Positions 1-10,151 of a stretch of DNA of 64,000 nt are shown piece by piece. How positions within the stretch are numbered: the stretch's first letter is position 1; each line of letters starts with the position of its first letter. The DNA is from Trichormus sp. ATA11-4-KO1 (GTDB lineage: Bacteria; Cyanobacteriota; Cyanobacteriia; Cyanobacteriales; Nostocaceae). The notes under the pieces are model-generated. The model saw only the letters and a program-made list of their open reading frames with translations, did not search any database and was not told the DNA's origin. Both the position numbers and the translations under genes were made by a program. The stretch lies in contig JAHHIM010000023.1 in assembly GCA_019358915.1 (NCBI GenBank), forward strand, positions 1-64,000. The letters run 5' to 3'.

Positions 1-124
1 GTCCATTTTCTTCTTCCAAATGGACAATGGCTTTATTCTTTTCTTAACGAAGTTATAAGTATTTCAGTCTGCAACCTGTCCATTTTCTTCTTCCAAACCT
101 GTCCAAAATCTTCTTCAAGTCACA
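1..124 (-). mobile_element. Putative transposon end (TGT terminus plus repeated transposase-binding sites); element extends left of the window
   Basis: Minus strand from 124 reads TGTGACTT-GAAGAAGATTTTGGACAGGTTTG-GAAGAAGAAAATGGACAGGTTGC, with a third GAAGAAGAAAATGGAC copy at 1-16. A terminal 8-mer followed by adjacent ~23-bp repeats is typical of Tn7/Tn5053/Mu/IS21-type ends. No transposase in the window. Confidence 0.6.
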
Positions 125-634
125 CTACCTTAGCGTCCCTCTGCGTTGAAAAACATTAGTTCTGTACCTCACTTGACTCTTAATCGCTATAAAAATCAAA
201 GGTTTATTAAATGTGTCGCAATCTGCATCGAACCAAATCCATGAAACTCAGCCCAGGGATGGTTGCGATCGCGTCTGCTGGAAATTTGTGAGCATCTTTG
301 ACAGAATTTGAGTTTTAAATGAAAAATTCTAATTTAATGAATTTCTAGATATTTGAATTTATGCGTATTATGTAATATATGAAACAGGCATTTTGGCATT
401 GTAAATAAAAAAATGATACTAAAAGTGATTAATATCTATTTTTTATTTTTCATCTTCCCAAGATAAACATCCGGTTAACAATTGTGTAAGTCAGTAAAAA
501 TAAATCTGTCCACCATAATCAATAGTCTAGTAAAAAGGCAAAATGTCACATCAGGAAGTTATATAAATATCTATTGCTGGCATTTTTTATGTTATAAAAC
601 TCACAGAAATTAATACCAGGCGGAAAAATGTTCT

Positions 635-3184
635 ATGGAATTAGAAAAACTTGATTGTTTTAAAGAGTACGGTGAATTTATTCTTCAGAAAATAGACTCA
701 GTACCTCAGTACCCTTCTAAACAAGCAGATTGGATACCAGTCAGCTTAGATGATTGTCTTGTACGTCTCCGGGAAGCTGCTGAGAAAACTGTAGAACTTG
801 CCACATCGCCAGTTAAAATTGGGGTAATGGGCGAATTTAGTAGTGGGAAAACCTTGCTTTTAGGTAGTCTGATGGGTTATGCAGATGCTTTGCCCATTAG
901 TGAAAATCCGACTACAGGTAATGTCACTGCCATCCACATCGTACCGCAGGATACCTTTTTAACAACACAAATTAGTAACTTTACTGTAGAGTATCTGACT
1001 CATGAAGGAGTAGACGAGTGCCTACACTTTATGTTGGAGGAAGCAAGCCGTAGGGCTGTAGCCGCCGGACTTGCACCCATGTCTCTGTCAAAAGTAAATA
1101 GTGGCAAAGATATTATTAACCTGTGCGAGGATGCATGGAACAGCAGTAAAAACTTGGAGTTACGTTATTTACTGCGGGAATTAGTCTTGTTTGTTCGTGC
1201 TTATCAATCCTATGGGGAAGCAATGTGTGGTGGACACTACCAAATTGATGCTATCACCGCCCGTGAGGGGCTACAGCTAACCGAACAGCCAATGGCTATC
1301 CAAACTCTCAATTTTGAAGATTTACCCCCTGTTCACATCAGATTACCTAGTCCACCCCAGAGGCTGGCTACCAAGTTATTGCAAAACAGCTTTCCTTTGA
1401 TCCGCCGTGTAGATATTGAGGTGAAAATAGCACGGGAAATTTGGGATGTTACGGGTGCTTCCGAATTTATTCTCTTGGATTTTCCCGGATTGGGGGCTGC
1501 TAATTCGGGAGCTAGGGATACATTTTTGTCGCTGCGGGAATTGGCAGAAGTCCAGACAATTTTAGTACTTTTAAATGGCAAATCTCCCGGAAGCGATCGC
1601 GCCAATAAAATCTTTACGATGATGCAGCAACAACGACCAGGACAAGACCTCAAAGATTTAATTCTGGTAGGTGTGGGTCGTTTTGATCAGCTACCTTTAG
1701 ACAGCGAGGGTGGTGAAAGAGAACTTGACCAACTCATTGAAGATACCAATCCTTTACATGAGACAGATGTTTTCCACAAGCTGAAAGTTCTGCAAACCAC
1801 AATTGATGGCGCTCAAGCATTCACAACCCAACAAGACCGCATCGTTTTGTTATCGCCACTTTTAGGACTAGCAGAGTTAGCAAAACGTTCGAGTGCAGTG
1901 AAAGCAGGTTCACCAGAATTTTTAGCTAATTTGGATTATCCTGATTACCTGGAACGGTCTAGGCGGTTGCAACAAAAATGGCAACTATTAAGTGAACGTC
2001 TGCTAGAATCTGATGCACGTAGCCATTTAGGCAGACAATTGAGTTATTTTGCTCAAGATGGGGGTATTGCCAAGCTACGAGAATTAATTCAAAACCACGT
2101 TGCTACTCACGGACTGAAACAACTGTATCAAGATACTTGCCGGGCTGCCGATAATTTACGTCAACAACAAGATTACCTGAAAAATATTATTGCAGAAATT
2201 CACGAGCAAGGCATACCCACCGCAGATACTCCAGCTTTAACTGATTTGCGTGCTGCTATTGAAAACTTAGATAAAACTTATCGTAATTTCCAAAAAGATT
2301 TAGGAAAAGAACCACTCAAAGACCGACGAGGAGAAGTCGTCAGTGATGTGGTAAAAGATGAACTGACATTTAAAATACTCAATTGGCATCAATGGACTTT
2401 GCTATTTAACAAAGCCAATAATGGCAATATTACCCTGGCAGATTTTAAAGGTGCAGCCGGGAAACTATTTGATCGGGGAAATAGAGTTAATAGTGTTTTG
2501 CCAACGAAGAGTGATGATTTTTATCCAGCCTTTGCCAATACAGTCACAGAATTAGCAGATTTTGCCCGCGATCGCATTTATCAAGCAGTCACAGATTTAT
2601 TAAGTAAATTATCCAATCAAATAGCCCCAGAACGCGATTACCTCAAGGCAATTCTCCAGCCAGAAATGGAACAAGATATTGAAGCAAAATTTGGTATAGA
2701 AGCAGCCGATATTTTTTACAAATTACTGTTGGGGTGCGATCCTAATCAATGGCAAGAAGCAATCATTGGGGAAATTAATAGTAAAGATAAAACAATCTCA
2801 CCGGAAATTATGTTTCCTTTGGCGCGCCAAGACGAAAAACACAACATTGGTCAAATTTTTGATTGGGCACCTGAAAAAAGTCAAGACTTACCCAAATCTG
2901 CTAACCACCAACTTTTCGTGTTACGACTGCGAGACGAAATCACTGCTAGCGCCAGTCTTCATCTTGTGCAATATGTCAGCGAAGTCAATCAACAGGTAAA
3001 TTCAGAATTAGAAGGAATTTTGGATCAAATTATTCCCACTCTGCAAAATCTTTCTAAAAAAGAAGCCTTACTCAGACATATTGCATCTGGCGACACTCCA
3101 CCTAAAATTGCTATTCCTACTTGGTTACAAATTCTCTCGGAAATATCCACCATTTCGTACTCAGATATTTATCGTGGTGACTAG
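635..3184 (+). CDS. Dynamin-like (SrfC-like) GTPase, 849 aa
   Basis: G1 GEFSSGKT, G2 PTT, G3 DFPG, G4-like GRFD; long helical C-terminal region. Confidence 0.8.
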   Translation: MELEKLDCFKEYGEFILQKIDSVPQYPSKQADWIPVSLDDCLVRLREAAEKTVELATSPVKIGVMGEFSSGKTLLLGSLMGYADALPISENPTTGNVTAIHIVPQDTFLTTQISNFTVEYLTHEGVDECLHFMLEEASRRAVAAGLAPMSLSKVNSGKDIINLCEDAWNSSKNLELRYLLRELVLFVRAYQSYGEAMCGGHYQIDAITAREGLQLTEQPMAIQTLNFEDLPPVHIRLPSPPQRLATKLLQNSFPLIRRVDIEVKIAREIWDVTGASEFILLDFPGLGAANSGARDTFLSLRELAEVQTILVLLNGKSPGSDRANKIFTMMQQQRPGQDLKDLILVGVGRFDQLPLDSEGGERELDQLIEDTNPLHETDVFHKLKVLQTTIDGAQAFTTQQDRIVLLSPLLGLAELAKRSSAVKAGSPEFLANLDYPDYLERSRRLQQKWQLLSERLLESDARSHLGRQLSYFAQDGGIAKLRELIQNHVATHGLKQLYQDTCRAADNLRQQQDYLKNIIAEIHEQGIPTADTPALTDLRAAIENLDKTYRNFQKDLGKEPLKDRRGEVVSDVVKDELTFKILNWHQWTLLFNKANNGNITLADFKGAAGKLFDRGNRVNSVLPTKSDDFYPAFANTVTELADFARDRIYQAVTDLLSKLSNQIAPERDYLKAILQPEMEQDIEAKFGIEAADIFYKLLLGCDPNQWQEAIIGEINSKDKTISPEIMFPLARQDEKHNIGQIFDWAPEKSQDLPKSANHQLFVLRLRDEITASASLHLVQYVSEVNQQVNSELEGILDQIIPTLQNLSKKEALLRHIASGDTPPKIAIPTWLQILSEISTISYSDIYRGD

Positions 3185-3340
3185 GGAGTGGGAACAGTAT
3201 TCGGAATACAGCGATTTCATGCGTGTGGAAAAATAGCTAAATATTTATGCGTAGGTATTTCTTTCCCCATTCCCTGGTTACTGAGCGCAGTTGAAGTACA
3301 CTCCCTACTCCTAATTATTTGCAAATAAGGACAAAATCAA

Positions 3341-6300
3341 ATGCCTGTAGAAATTCGGCTTCCGCCCAACTTTCAAGTGCGTGTTAATGAAAACGACTAC
3401 TTGGAACTTCCAACTATACAACTTGTGGCTGCTGGCGATAATGTACCTCATATAGCCAGAATTAATTGTATTGTTACTGGTACTCCAGAGGAGTTAGCCA
3501 TACAAATTAAGAAAGCCTATAAACCATTTGATTCTGTAACTCCAAAAATTTCGCAAATCGGGCAATTAGAACAATATCCTTGTAAACTAGAGCAACCTTT
3601 AACAGAACCAATTAATTGTACTCTAGAAGTGATTGTTGAGTACTTTGATTCTGATCCTTTAGGAGATCCAGTATTATCTGAGCCTAGGCAAAGTGGGGCT
3701 TCGTGCTATCTGTGGTCACCACTAGTTTTTGACGAGAAAATAATAGATGTAGATGCTATCAGCGAAGATTTTCAACTTAGTAATTATGTGATTCAACAAG
3801 CGAGTAGAAAACAGCGAAAAAGATTTCCTGGGTGGTTTGCTCTGGATTTTGGCACGTCAAATTCTACAGTGACACTTTTCGATCCAATTGAAGTGCCGAT
3901 CGCGGAAATTTTACCCAAAGAACAAGAAACCCGGTTACGCGATCGCCTGGCGCAATGGTTGAGTTCTCCGGCTGCGGTGGCTTTACCTGATGTCAATCCG
4001 ATTGATTGGGAAAAGTTCATCGCTGATATCAGCAAAAACCTAGAAATTGAACCCCACCGTTTGAGTGAAATTTTTGCAGGTGATCATAAAGAACGATTTT
4101 TAGAAGCGATTCGTCAAATTGAATTGTGTTTGGGTAACAGCGACAAATTTCGCCGGGCGGTGAGCAAAAAGCTTTATCAAATATATCATGAGGTCTTCCG
4201 CGTACCCACTTTAGAATCACAAAATTTAATTCCCGTCGTATTAGATATTGATCGCCGTGAAACAGAAATTCCCAGTGAGTTGGAAATTGCTAGCTTGGCA
4301 GATTTAAAACTGCGGATGGGTAGGGAAGCTAGAGACAACAGAAAAAAAGCGATCGCCCAAGGTACAAGCAGTTCCTTAAAGGAAATTATCAGCAGATTTC
4401 ATCACTCACCCAAGCGCTATTTTGGTCAGGATCGGTCTTTTCCAGTCATTTTGGCTGGCGAAGAAGAGTTAATTCATGTTAGCGAACTTATCCAAGCCGC
4501 TTGGGCGCATCTGATAGAGTTAACTGAAGACTACCGCCAACGAGCTAGACGTAGATTTTCCGAAGGTGAATTCTTAACAGCAGTTGTTACTTACCCCACC
4601 GTCGCCCCGCCGCTAGTACGCAAGGAAGTTAAAGAATTAGTCGAACAATTGGGCATTGATGACGTTCAAACCGCTTATGATGAAGCTGTCTCAGTGGCAA
4701 TCTTCTTTCTATGGCGAGAATTTGGTGGTAATCTCAACATTGGTATTGAGTCATTTAAAACCCGTTGTCGCCAAGTAGGAAACAAATGGTCACAAAACGT
4801 TCTCGTCTTGGATATTGGCGGGGGAACCACTGACTTAGCCTTGATTGAACTGACTCTGGAAGATAAAACCCCCTTCTTTGCCGAGCATGAAGACCGAGGG
4901 TTAGGTGGACGTTACTATAAACTTACCCCGAAACTATTAGGTTCATCTGGGCATTTACAGTTAGGCGGTGAGTTAATTACCCTACGAATATTCAGATTAT
5001 TGAAAGTAGCGATCGCCGATTTTCTTTTAACAGCAGTTACTATCGGTGACATCGATAGCGATAAGCTAGAAGATTTAATTAGCACTGAGTTAAATGAGCG
5101 TTTTATTGAACAAGGAAAATTTAAAAGTGGTAGTTTGTTGAAGTGTTTAGATAAAGAAAATCCTGAAGGTGACGCTGCTTACAAAGAGGCTCTAGATACT
5201 GCCGAGAAAGTATTACCTACCCGATGGCAACAAGCACCCCAAAGATTACAAACCTTTTATACTCTCTGGGATCATGCTGAAACTGCTAAACTCAAACTTG
5301 GGCAAAAGCCGTCAGCAGATAATTCCCCTTTAACCTTCACTGTTTCGGAACAGCAGATTTTGGAACTACTCAATCAAAGTGCCATTAAATTCCAAGCCAA
5401 AGATCCAGATAGTGTCTGCGTCACCATAGATAGCCAGCAATTTGAACGCGCCACATCTGCTGCAATTAAAGAAGCGATCGGTATTGCTAAAGGATTGATG
5501 GAAAGTCGTTTACGTCCCCAAGATCAAAACATAGATGCTTGGAACACCCATAAAGTTGATTGGTTAATCCTTTCTGGTAAAACTTGTAATCTCGATTTAG
5601 TGCAGCGCCATATCTACCAGGAATTTAGCAACTCTCCCTATTTCGTGTGGAACCCAGAACGAATTACCTTTGTCCTGGAATTTACCAAATTAGCCACCTC
5701 TGCGGGTGCTTGCTACGCTGAAAAGTTACGCAGACTGAGATTCGATCCACAAGAATCCAAAGAATTGCTGCGTAAGGGAGCCAATCAGCTAGAAATAGAT
5801 GTCAAAAACCTATTTTATTATTTGCCTTGCAACTTCAAACGTAAAACCCAAAGTAACGAACTGTTGCCGATATTCAAAGCAGGACAAGAACTTTATCAAA
5901 TCACTCCTTCAGAAACAACCGCCAAGGTGCGTACAGAGTGGCAAGGGATACAATTGACCAATATTATTTACCGTCAAGACTACGAAGATGGAGACTTAAG
6001 ACTTTGGGGTAGCTTCGACGGCAAAAACCTGATGAAGCAACTGGGAATGGAAGAAGCTGAGTTTCTTAAAAAAATTAAAGTCCAGTTTGAAATTGACCAA
6101 ACCTTGCAATTTAGTGTCTTGCTATGTCATGGAAATCCCCATTATTTGATTGACGTTCCTGGTATTGATGTGGGAGCAGCACTATCAGCAGTTTCCGAAA
6201 CATCAGCGCTATTTACTGATGGTAAATTGAAGTGGAATATTGCCGTGGAACGCCCCAAACAAGATTTAAATGATGGTGATATTGCCGTTAATGTTATTGA

Positions 6301-6745
6301 GTCTGCAACGGTTGATCAACCAAATGCTTATCATCTGGTATTTGAAATAGACAAAGATGATAGTAAGATTCTGCGAGAATTTCACTATCTCCGCGATGGC
6401 GCACCGCAGCCAGAAAACGGTTTAATTAGCAACGCTTTACCTCCCTTCCCCCAAACAAGTCAACACACCTTTTATATTTATCAAACAGATACCGAAACCA
6501 ATACCAAAAAATGGATAAGAATTGGCTCACTGAATAAACCAGATGTGACAACAGATTACCCTTGCCAATATTGTGTAACTCTTGATAACAAAGGCATTCT
6601 GCGGATGCACGCCGGTGAAGTTCCTTACTGGACATCAACCAGTCAAGAATGTCTCAAGCAAGAAGGATGTGTTTATCGTGCTGTACTAGAATTGCAACCC
6701 AATGAGGTTGATAGAGAACGCGATCCGTTTTGCGGGATACATTAA
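3341..6745 (+). CDS. Hsp70/actin-fold ATPase (SrfB-like), 1134 aa, with extra N- and C-terminal domains
   Basis: Phosphate-1 ALDFGTSNS, VTYP, YDEAVSVA, phosphate-2 LDIGGGTTD, LGGELIT, AETAKLKL, adenosine-like LILSGKT. Confidence 0.8.
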   Translation: MPVEIRLPPNFQVRVNENDYLELPTIQLVAAGDNVPHIARINCIVTGTPEELAIQIKKAYKPFDSVTPKISQIGQLEQYPCKLEQPLTEPINCTLEVIVEYFDSDPLGDPVLSEPRQSGASCYLWSPLVFDEKIIDVDAISEDFQLSNYVIQQASRKQRKRFPGWFALDFGTSNSTVTLFDPIEVPIAEILPKEQETRLRDRLAQWLSSPAAVALPDVNPIDWEKFIADISKNLEIEPHRLSEIFAGDHKERFLEAIRQIELCLGNSDKFRRAVSKKLYQIYHEVFRVPTLESQNLIPVVLDIDRRETEIPSELEIASLADLKLRMGREARDNRKKAIAQGTSSSLKEIISRFHHSPKRYFGQDRSFPVILAGEEELIHVSELIQAAWAHLIELTEDYRQRARRRFSEGEFLTAVVTYPTVAPPLVRKEVKELVEQLGIDDVQTAYDEAVSVAIFFLWREFGGNLNIGIESFKTRCRQVGNKWSQNVLVLDIGGGTTDLALIELTLEDKTPFFAEHEDRGLGGRYYKLTPKLLGSSGHLQLGGELITLRIFRLLKVAIADFLLTAVTIGDIDSDKLEDLISTELNERFIEQGKFKSGSLLKCLDKENPEGDAAYKEALDTAEKVLPTRWQQAPQRLQTFYTLWDHAETAKLKLGQKPSADNSPLTFTVSEQQILELLNQSAIKFQAKDPDSVCVTIDSQQFERATSAAIKEAIGIAKGLMESRLRPQDQNIDAWNTHKVDWLILSGKTCNLDLVQRHIYQEFSNSPYFVWNPERITFVLEFTKLATSAGACYAEKLRRLRFDPQESKELLRKGANQLEIDVKNLFYYLPCNFKRKTQSNELLPIFKAGQELYQITPSETTAKVRTEWQGIQLTNIIYRQDYEDGDLRLWGSFDGKNLMKQLGMEEAEFLKKIKVQFEIDQTLQFSVLLCHGNPHYLIDVPGIDVGAALSAVSETSALFTDGKLKWNIAVERPKQDLNDGDIAVNVIESATVDQPNAYHLVFEIDKDDSKILREFHYLRDGAPQPENGLISNALPPFPQTSQHTFYIYQTDTETNTKKWIRIGSLNKPDVTTDYPCQYCVTLDNKGILRMHAGEVPYWTSTSQECLKQEGCVYRAVLELQPNEVDRERDPFCGIH

Positions 6746-6825
6746 GAGAGGATTATTTCACGCAAAGGCGCAAAGCCGCAAAGGTTTTTTAGCGTTTCTG
6801 CGTGAGATAAAGAAAGGTAATATTC

Positions 6826-7944
6826 ATGCAGCATTTACGTCAGTTATTAGAAGTAGAAAACTCAGAGTTAGCCAAATTATTAAGATTTAGTCTACACGGA
6901 CTAGAGGCTAGTTTAAATCAGGCTCGCAGTGAATTTCCATTAGATCCAGGATTTGAGATATGCGAAGAGGTACTGCAAGAAATTCATAGCTTATTGCAAC
7001 CAAAAGCAGAGGCGAATGAAGAAGAAACAGAAGAGGCGATCGCGATTATATTACCCCCAGATGAGTTAAAACTGATTCACCTGCGAGAGGCTTTTGTCGC
7101 TGATGCGGAACTTGGTTTGTATTTGGGAAGTTTTTCACTACAAAGCCAAACAGATGCTGATTTATGGAATGAAATTCATCGTAAACTGCTCAGGGTTCCC
7201 GAAAATTTGGCGACACCTTGGCGACAGCGTGCTTTGGAATTGGCTCAAGAAGTTGGTGCAATAGCAGATAATTTGCATCTTGATCAACTTCCTTTTATCC
7301 GCGATGAAATTATCTACCCCGGATTGAATGGTACTGTTAAAGCTCAAGGGTTGCGCCTATCTAAAAAAGCACTATTAAATTCGGGAATTATTTCTAGTGA
7401 AGCATCTGGAGATATGTATTTAATAGCTGGTTTTGTCCACTTATTTAGCAAATTTATCGAAATAGACCCAGATTTACATCATGCCTTAAAAAGCATTTTT
7501 AGCTTTGATGTTATTCCTTTACAGTCAAAGCCAGAACAGCGAACTCAATATATTGAAGCTTTAAGCGATCGCTTGCTGCGCGTCCAAAAAGCTGAGGAAA
7601 ATACTGAGCCTTTATTAACTCTGCGTGCTTGGATTGACATGGATGAAGTGATACATTCCCTTGTATTTGTCCCACCAGCTGAGCGTTATTCTTGGTGGGG
7701 TAAACTGCAACAAGAATCACGACGCATTTTGAAAAAAAATGCACAAAAGGCAATTAGTGCAGGTTATGACGTGCGTATTCGTCAATTATCAGGACTTTAT
7801 GCTGATATCTGCGCTTTATCAAAAGACGACTTGCAACTAGATTGCGGTGGTATTCCTGGCGAAGTTTTAACTTGTTTGCGGGTGTATGCGCGAATTAATC
7901 AGGAAGAGTGTCCAGGAAGAGTGATATTTCGTTCATTGCGGTAG
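6826..7944 (+). CDS. Hypothetical protein, 372 aa; C-terminus resembles a divergent GrpE beta-domain
   Basis: Long ORF with an SD-like GAAAGG upstream, co-oriented with the GTPase and Hsp70-like genes; ends PGEVLTCLRVYARINQEECPGRVIF. GrpE similarity is inference. Confidence 0.7.
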   Translation: MQHLRQLLEVENSELAKLLRFSLHGLEASLNQARSEFPLDPGFEICEEVLQEIHSLLQPKAEANEEETEEAIAIILPPDELKLIHLREAFVADAELGLYLGSFSLQSQTDADLWNEIHRKLLRVPENLATPWRQRALELAQEVGAIADNLHLDQLPFIRDEIIYPGLNGTVKAQGLRLSKKALLNSGIISSEASGDMYLIAGFVHLFSKFIEIDPDLHHALKSIFSFDVIPLQSKPEQRTQYIEALSDRLLRVQKAEENTEPLLTLRAWIDMDEVIHSLVFVPPAERYSWWGKLQQESRRILKKNAQKAISAGYDVRIRQLSGLYADICALSKDDLQLDCGGIPGEVLTCLRVYARINQEECPGRVIFRSLR

Positions 7945-8046
7945 GTTTTTGGAAAAGGTTACGGTTTTAACTAGATTTGCTTACATTTGCTAATCTAGAA
8001 CAAAGCCATCAGATATTCTGATGTATTTGCTTCTTGAGGTTCAGCA

Positions 8047-9342
8047 ATGTCTGGAAAACAACTATCTCTATTTGATCAGCAACCAGAAGATTCAAATAAA
8101 TTTTTCACTCGTAAAAGACCCTGGTCAGCAGCTAAACATCGGATAATGCTGAGATATATACAGGCTCATTGCTATAATTTAGGCGGCAGCAAACCCTATC
8201 AATCTATGTATATTAATTATGTTGATGGTTTTGCAGGAGCAGGCAAATATGATGAAGGGATTGGAATCGAAAACTTTGTAGATAATTCTAATTTTTGGCA
8301 GAGATATAAAACTGACTTTTTAGATACTGATGGTTCACCTTTGATAGCGCTTAAATGTGCAAAAATATTCAGAATTGAGGAGCGTGTTAATTTAAGATGT
8401 TTTTTTACAGAAGAAAACCAAGACCTTAACCAAAAACTAAAGAGTAACTGTAGTTTAGTTGGTGAAGGATTGCCATATAAAATTTACGAACCCCAAAGAT
8501 TTGACAAAGTATTGACTCAAATAATGTATGAATTGGACGAATATCCAACATTATTTTTTCTAGATGCTTTTGGAGTTAAAGGAGTAACTTTCGAGCAAAT
8601 ATGTTCTATAGCTGATTACGTCAGTAAATATAAAGGGGAATTATTCTTATTGTTTCATAACCGTGCAGTTGCTCGAAATGCGGGTTTCTATAAAATAAAT
8701 TATAAAAACTCCAAAGAGCAAAAAACTGCCGAAACATACACATATAATTTAACTAAACTATTAGGAAGTAATTCAGACTTAGACTGGAAAGCAAAGTGGC
8801 TAGAATGCCAAAACCAAGAACAAAAACAAAAATTTGAAAGATGGGCACTTGAATATTTTAAGTCTAGGCTTCAAAAAGAAAGTAGTTTTAAAGGAGTAGC
8901 GACTTTTGAAGTCAAGGAAACATACAATGATTCCAGACCACAGTATAATATTGTGGTTGGTAGTAACCATCCACAAAAAGCTTTTGGTGAATTTCTAAAC
9001 GAATTTTTTTGTCAAGAAAATAAATTGCTATTCTTTGAGGATGATAAAAGTAGCAATAATAATAAATTTCTTTCCCAAGTATGGGAACGTGAAAATAATG
9101 AGCGAGTATCCATAATTAAACCTAAGATAATTGATATTTTACGCAAGAAAAATCAAGATTGGATGATTTTACATGATGTTATAACTCTTATTATTCTTGA
9201 AGTTACCCAACTTGGTTATCTAAGTAGAACTAAATATAGAGAAATTTTACTAGAGTTGCACCAACAAAAAATTATAGAAGCTAGAGAGTTGGGTAAAAGA
9301 GGTAATTTAACTTTAAAAAACTACGTTAGAGTAGTACGATAA
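8047..9342 (+). CDS. tcmP: Three-Cys-motif partner protein (TcmP-like; SAM methyltransferase fold)
   Basis: N-terminal W-S-x-x-K-H-x-x-L-x-Y (WSAAKHRIMLRY), YVDGFAGAG motif-I-like loop, DGSPL, FFLDAFG; directly upstream of a DUF5131 gene. Confidence 0.8.
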   Translation: MSGKQLSLFDQQPEDSNKFFTRKRPWSAAKHRIMLRYIQAHCYNLGGSKPYQSMYINYVDGFAGAGKYDEGIGIENFVDNSNFWQRYKTDFLDTDGSPLIALKCAKIFRIEERVNLRCFFTEENQDLNQKLKSNCSLVGEGLPYKIYEPQRFDKVLTQIMYELDEYPTLFFLDAFGVKGVTFEQICSIADYVSKYKGELFLLFHNRAVARNAGFYKINYKNSKEQKTAETYTYNLTKLLGSNSDLDWKAKWLECQNQEQKQKFERWALEYFKSRLQKESSFKGVATFEVKETYNDSRPQYNIVVGSNHPQKAFGEFLNEFFCQENKLLFFEDDKSSNNNKFLSQVWERENNERVSIIKPKIIDILRKKNQDWMILHDVITLIILEVTQLGYLSRTKYREILLELHQQKIIEARELGKRGNLTLKNYVRVVR

Positions 9343-9384
9343 TACTAATAAGATATTGCTGATTTTTTGTGGAGTTAACATTCT

Positions 9385-10131
9385 ATGTCAGTATCTTCAA
9401 CAATCGAATGGACTGAAGCTACATGGAATCCTACCACTGGCTGTCATAAAATTAGCCCTGGTTGCCAGAATTGTTATGCAGAACGTTTTGCTGAACGCTG
9501 GCGGGGTATTCCTGGTCATCCCTATGAACAAGGATTTGACGTAAAATCTTGGAACGAAAGAATAGCAATGCCACTTTCGTGGAAGAAGCCTCGCCTAATC
9601 TTTGTTAATTCCATGAGTGACTTATTTCTTGATGATATTTCAGAAGAATTTATTATAAAAGTATTTCATGTTATGAAGGCAGCTCATTGGCATCAGTTTC
9701 AGCTGTTAACTAAACGTCCCAAAAGGATGCTCAAAATATCTAATTGTATAAAAGAATGGCCTACTAATGTTTGGGCTGGAGTAAGTATAGAATCTCAATC
9801 CTGGGTATGGAGAAGTGAAATTTTAAAAGAAATTCCTGCCAAAATCAGATTTTTGTCTTGTGAGCCACTTCTTGGTTCTGTAAAACTTGGTTTGCATGAT
9901 ATACATTGGGTTATTGTTGGTGGAGAATCCGGTGTAGGCGCTCGTCCTATGAATGTTGAATGGGTACGGGATATTAGAGAGCAATGTATCCAGGGTAATG
10001 TCCCATTTTTCTTTAAGCAATGGGGTGGAGTTCAAAAGAAAAAATTTGGTAGGGAACTAGATGGTAGAACTTGGAATGAATTTCCAGAATTTACAAATAG
10101 AAATAATAAATCAGTATCGCTGTTAACATGA
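9385..10131 (+). CDS. DUF5131 (phage Gp37/Gp68-like) three-Cys, radical-SAM-like protein
   Basis: IEWTEATWNPTTGCHKISPGCQNCYA (C-x6-C-x2-C), FVNSMSDLF, LTKRP, SCEPLLG, WVIVGGESG, FFFKQWGG. Confidence 0.9.
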   Translation: MSVSSTIEWTEATWNPTTGCHKISPGCQNCYAERFAERWRGIPGHPYEQGFDVKSWNERIAMPLSWKKPRLIFVNSMSDLFLDDISEEFIIKVFHVMKAAHWHQFQLLTKRPKRMLKISNCIKEWPTNVWAGVSIESQSWVWRSEILKEIPAKIRFLSCEPLLGSVKLGLHDIHWVIVGGESGVGARPMNVEWVRDIREQCIQGNVPFFFKQWGGVQKKKFGRELDGRTWNEFPEFTNRNNKSVSLLT

Positions 10132-10151
10132 TTTGAATATTCCTATAAATT

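Noticed and set aside
1..124. CRISPR array
   Set aside because: Two of the repeats are directly adjacent with no spacer, there are only three copies and no cas genes; the layout fits a transposon end better
365..480. NtcA-like (GTA-N8-AAC at 372-385) or heterocyst DIF1-like (TCCGGT near 470) sites upstream of the GTPase gene
   Set aside because: Both are imperfect matches in very AT-rich DNA and could occur by chance
3341..6745. Canonical dnaK
   Set aside because: Much longer than DnaK, divergent motifs, no typical substrate-binding domain and no dnaJ nearby
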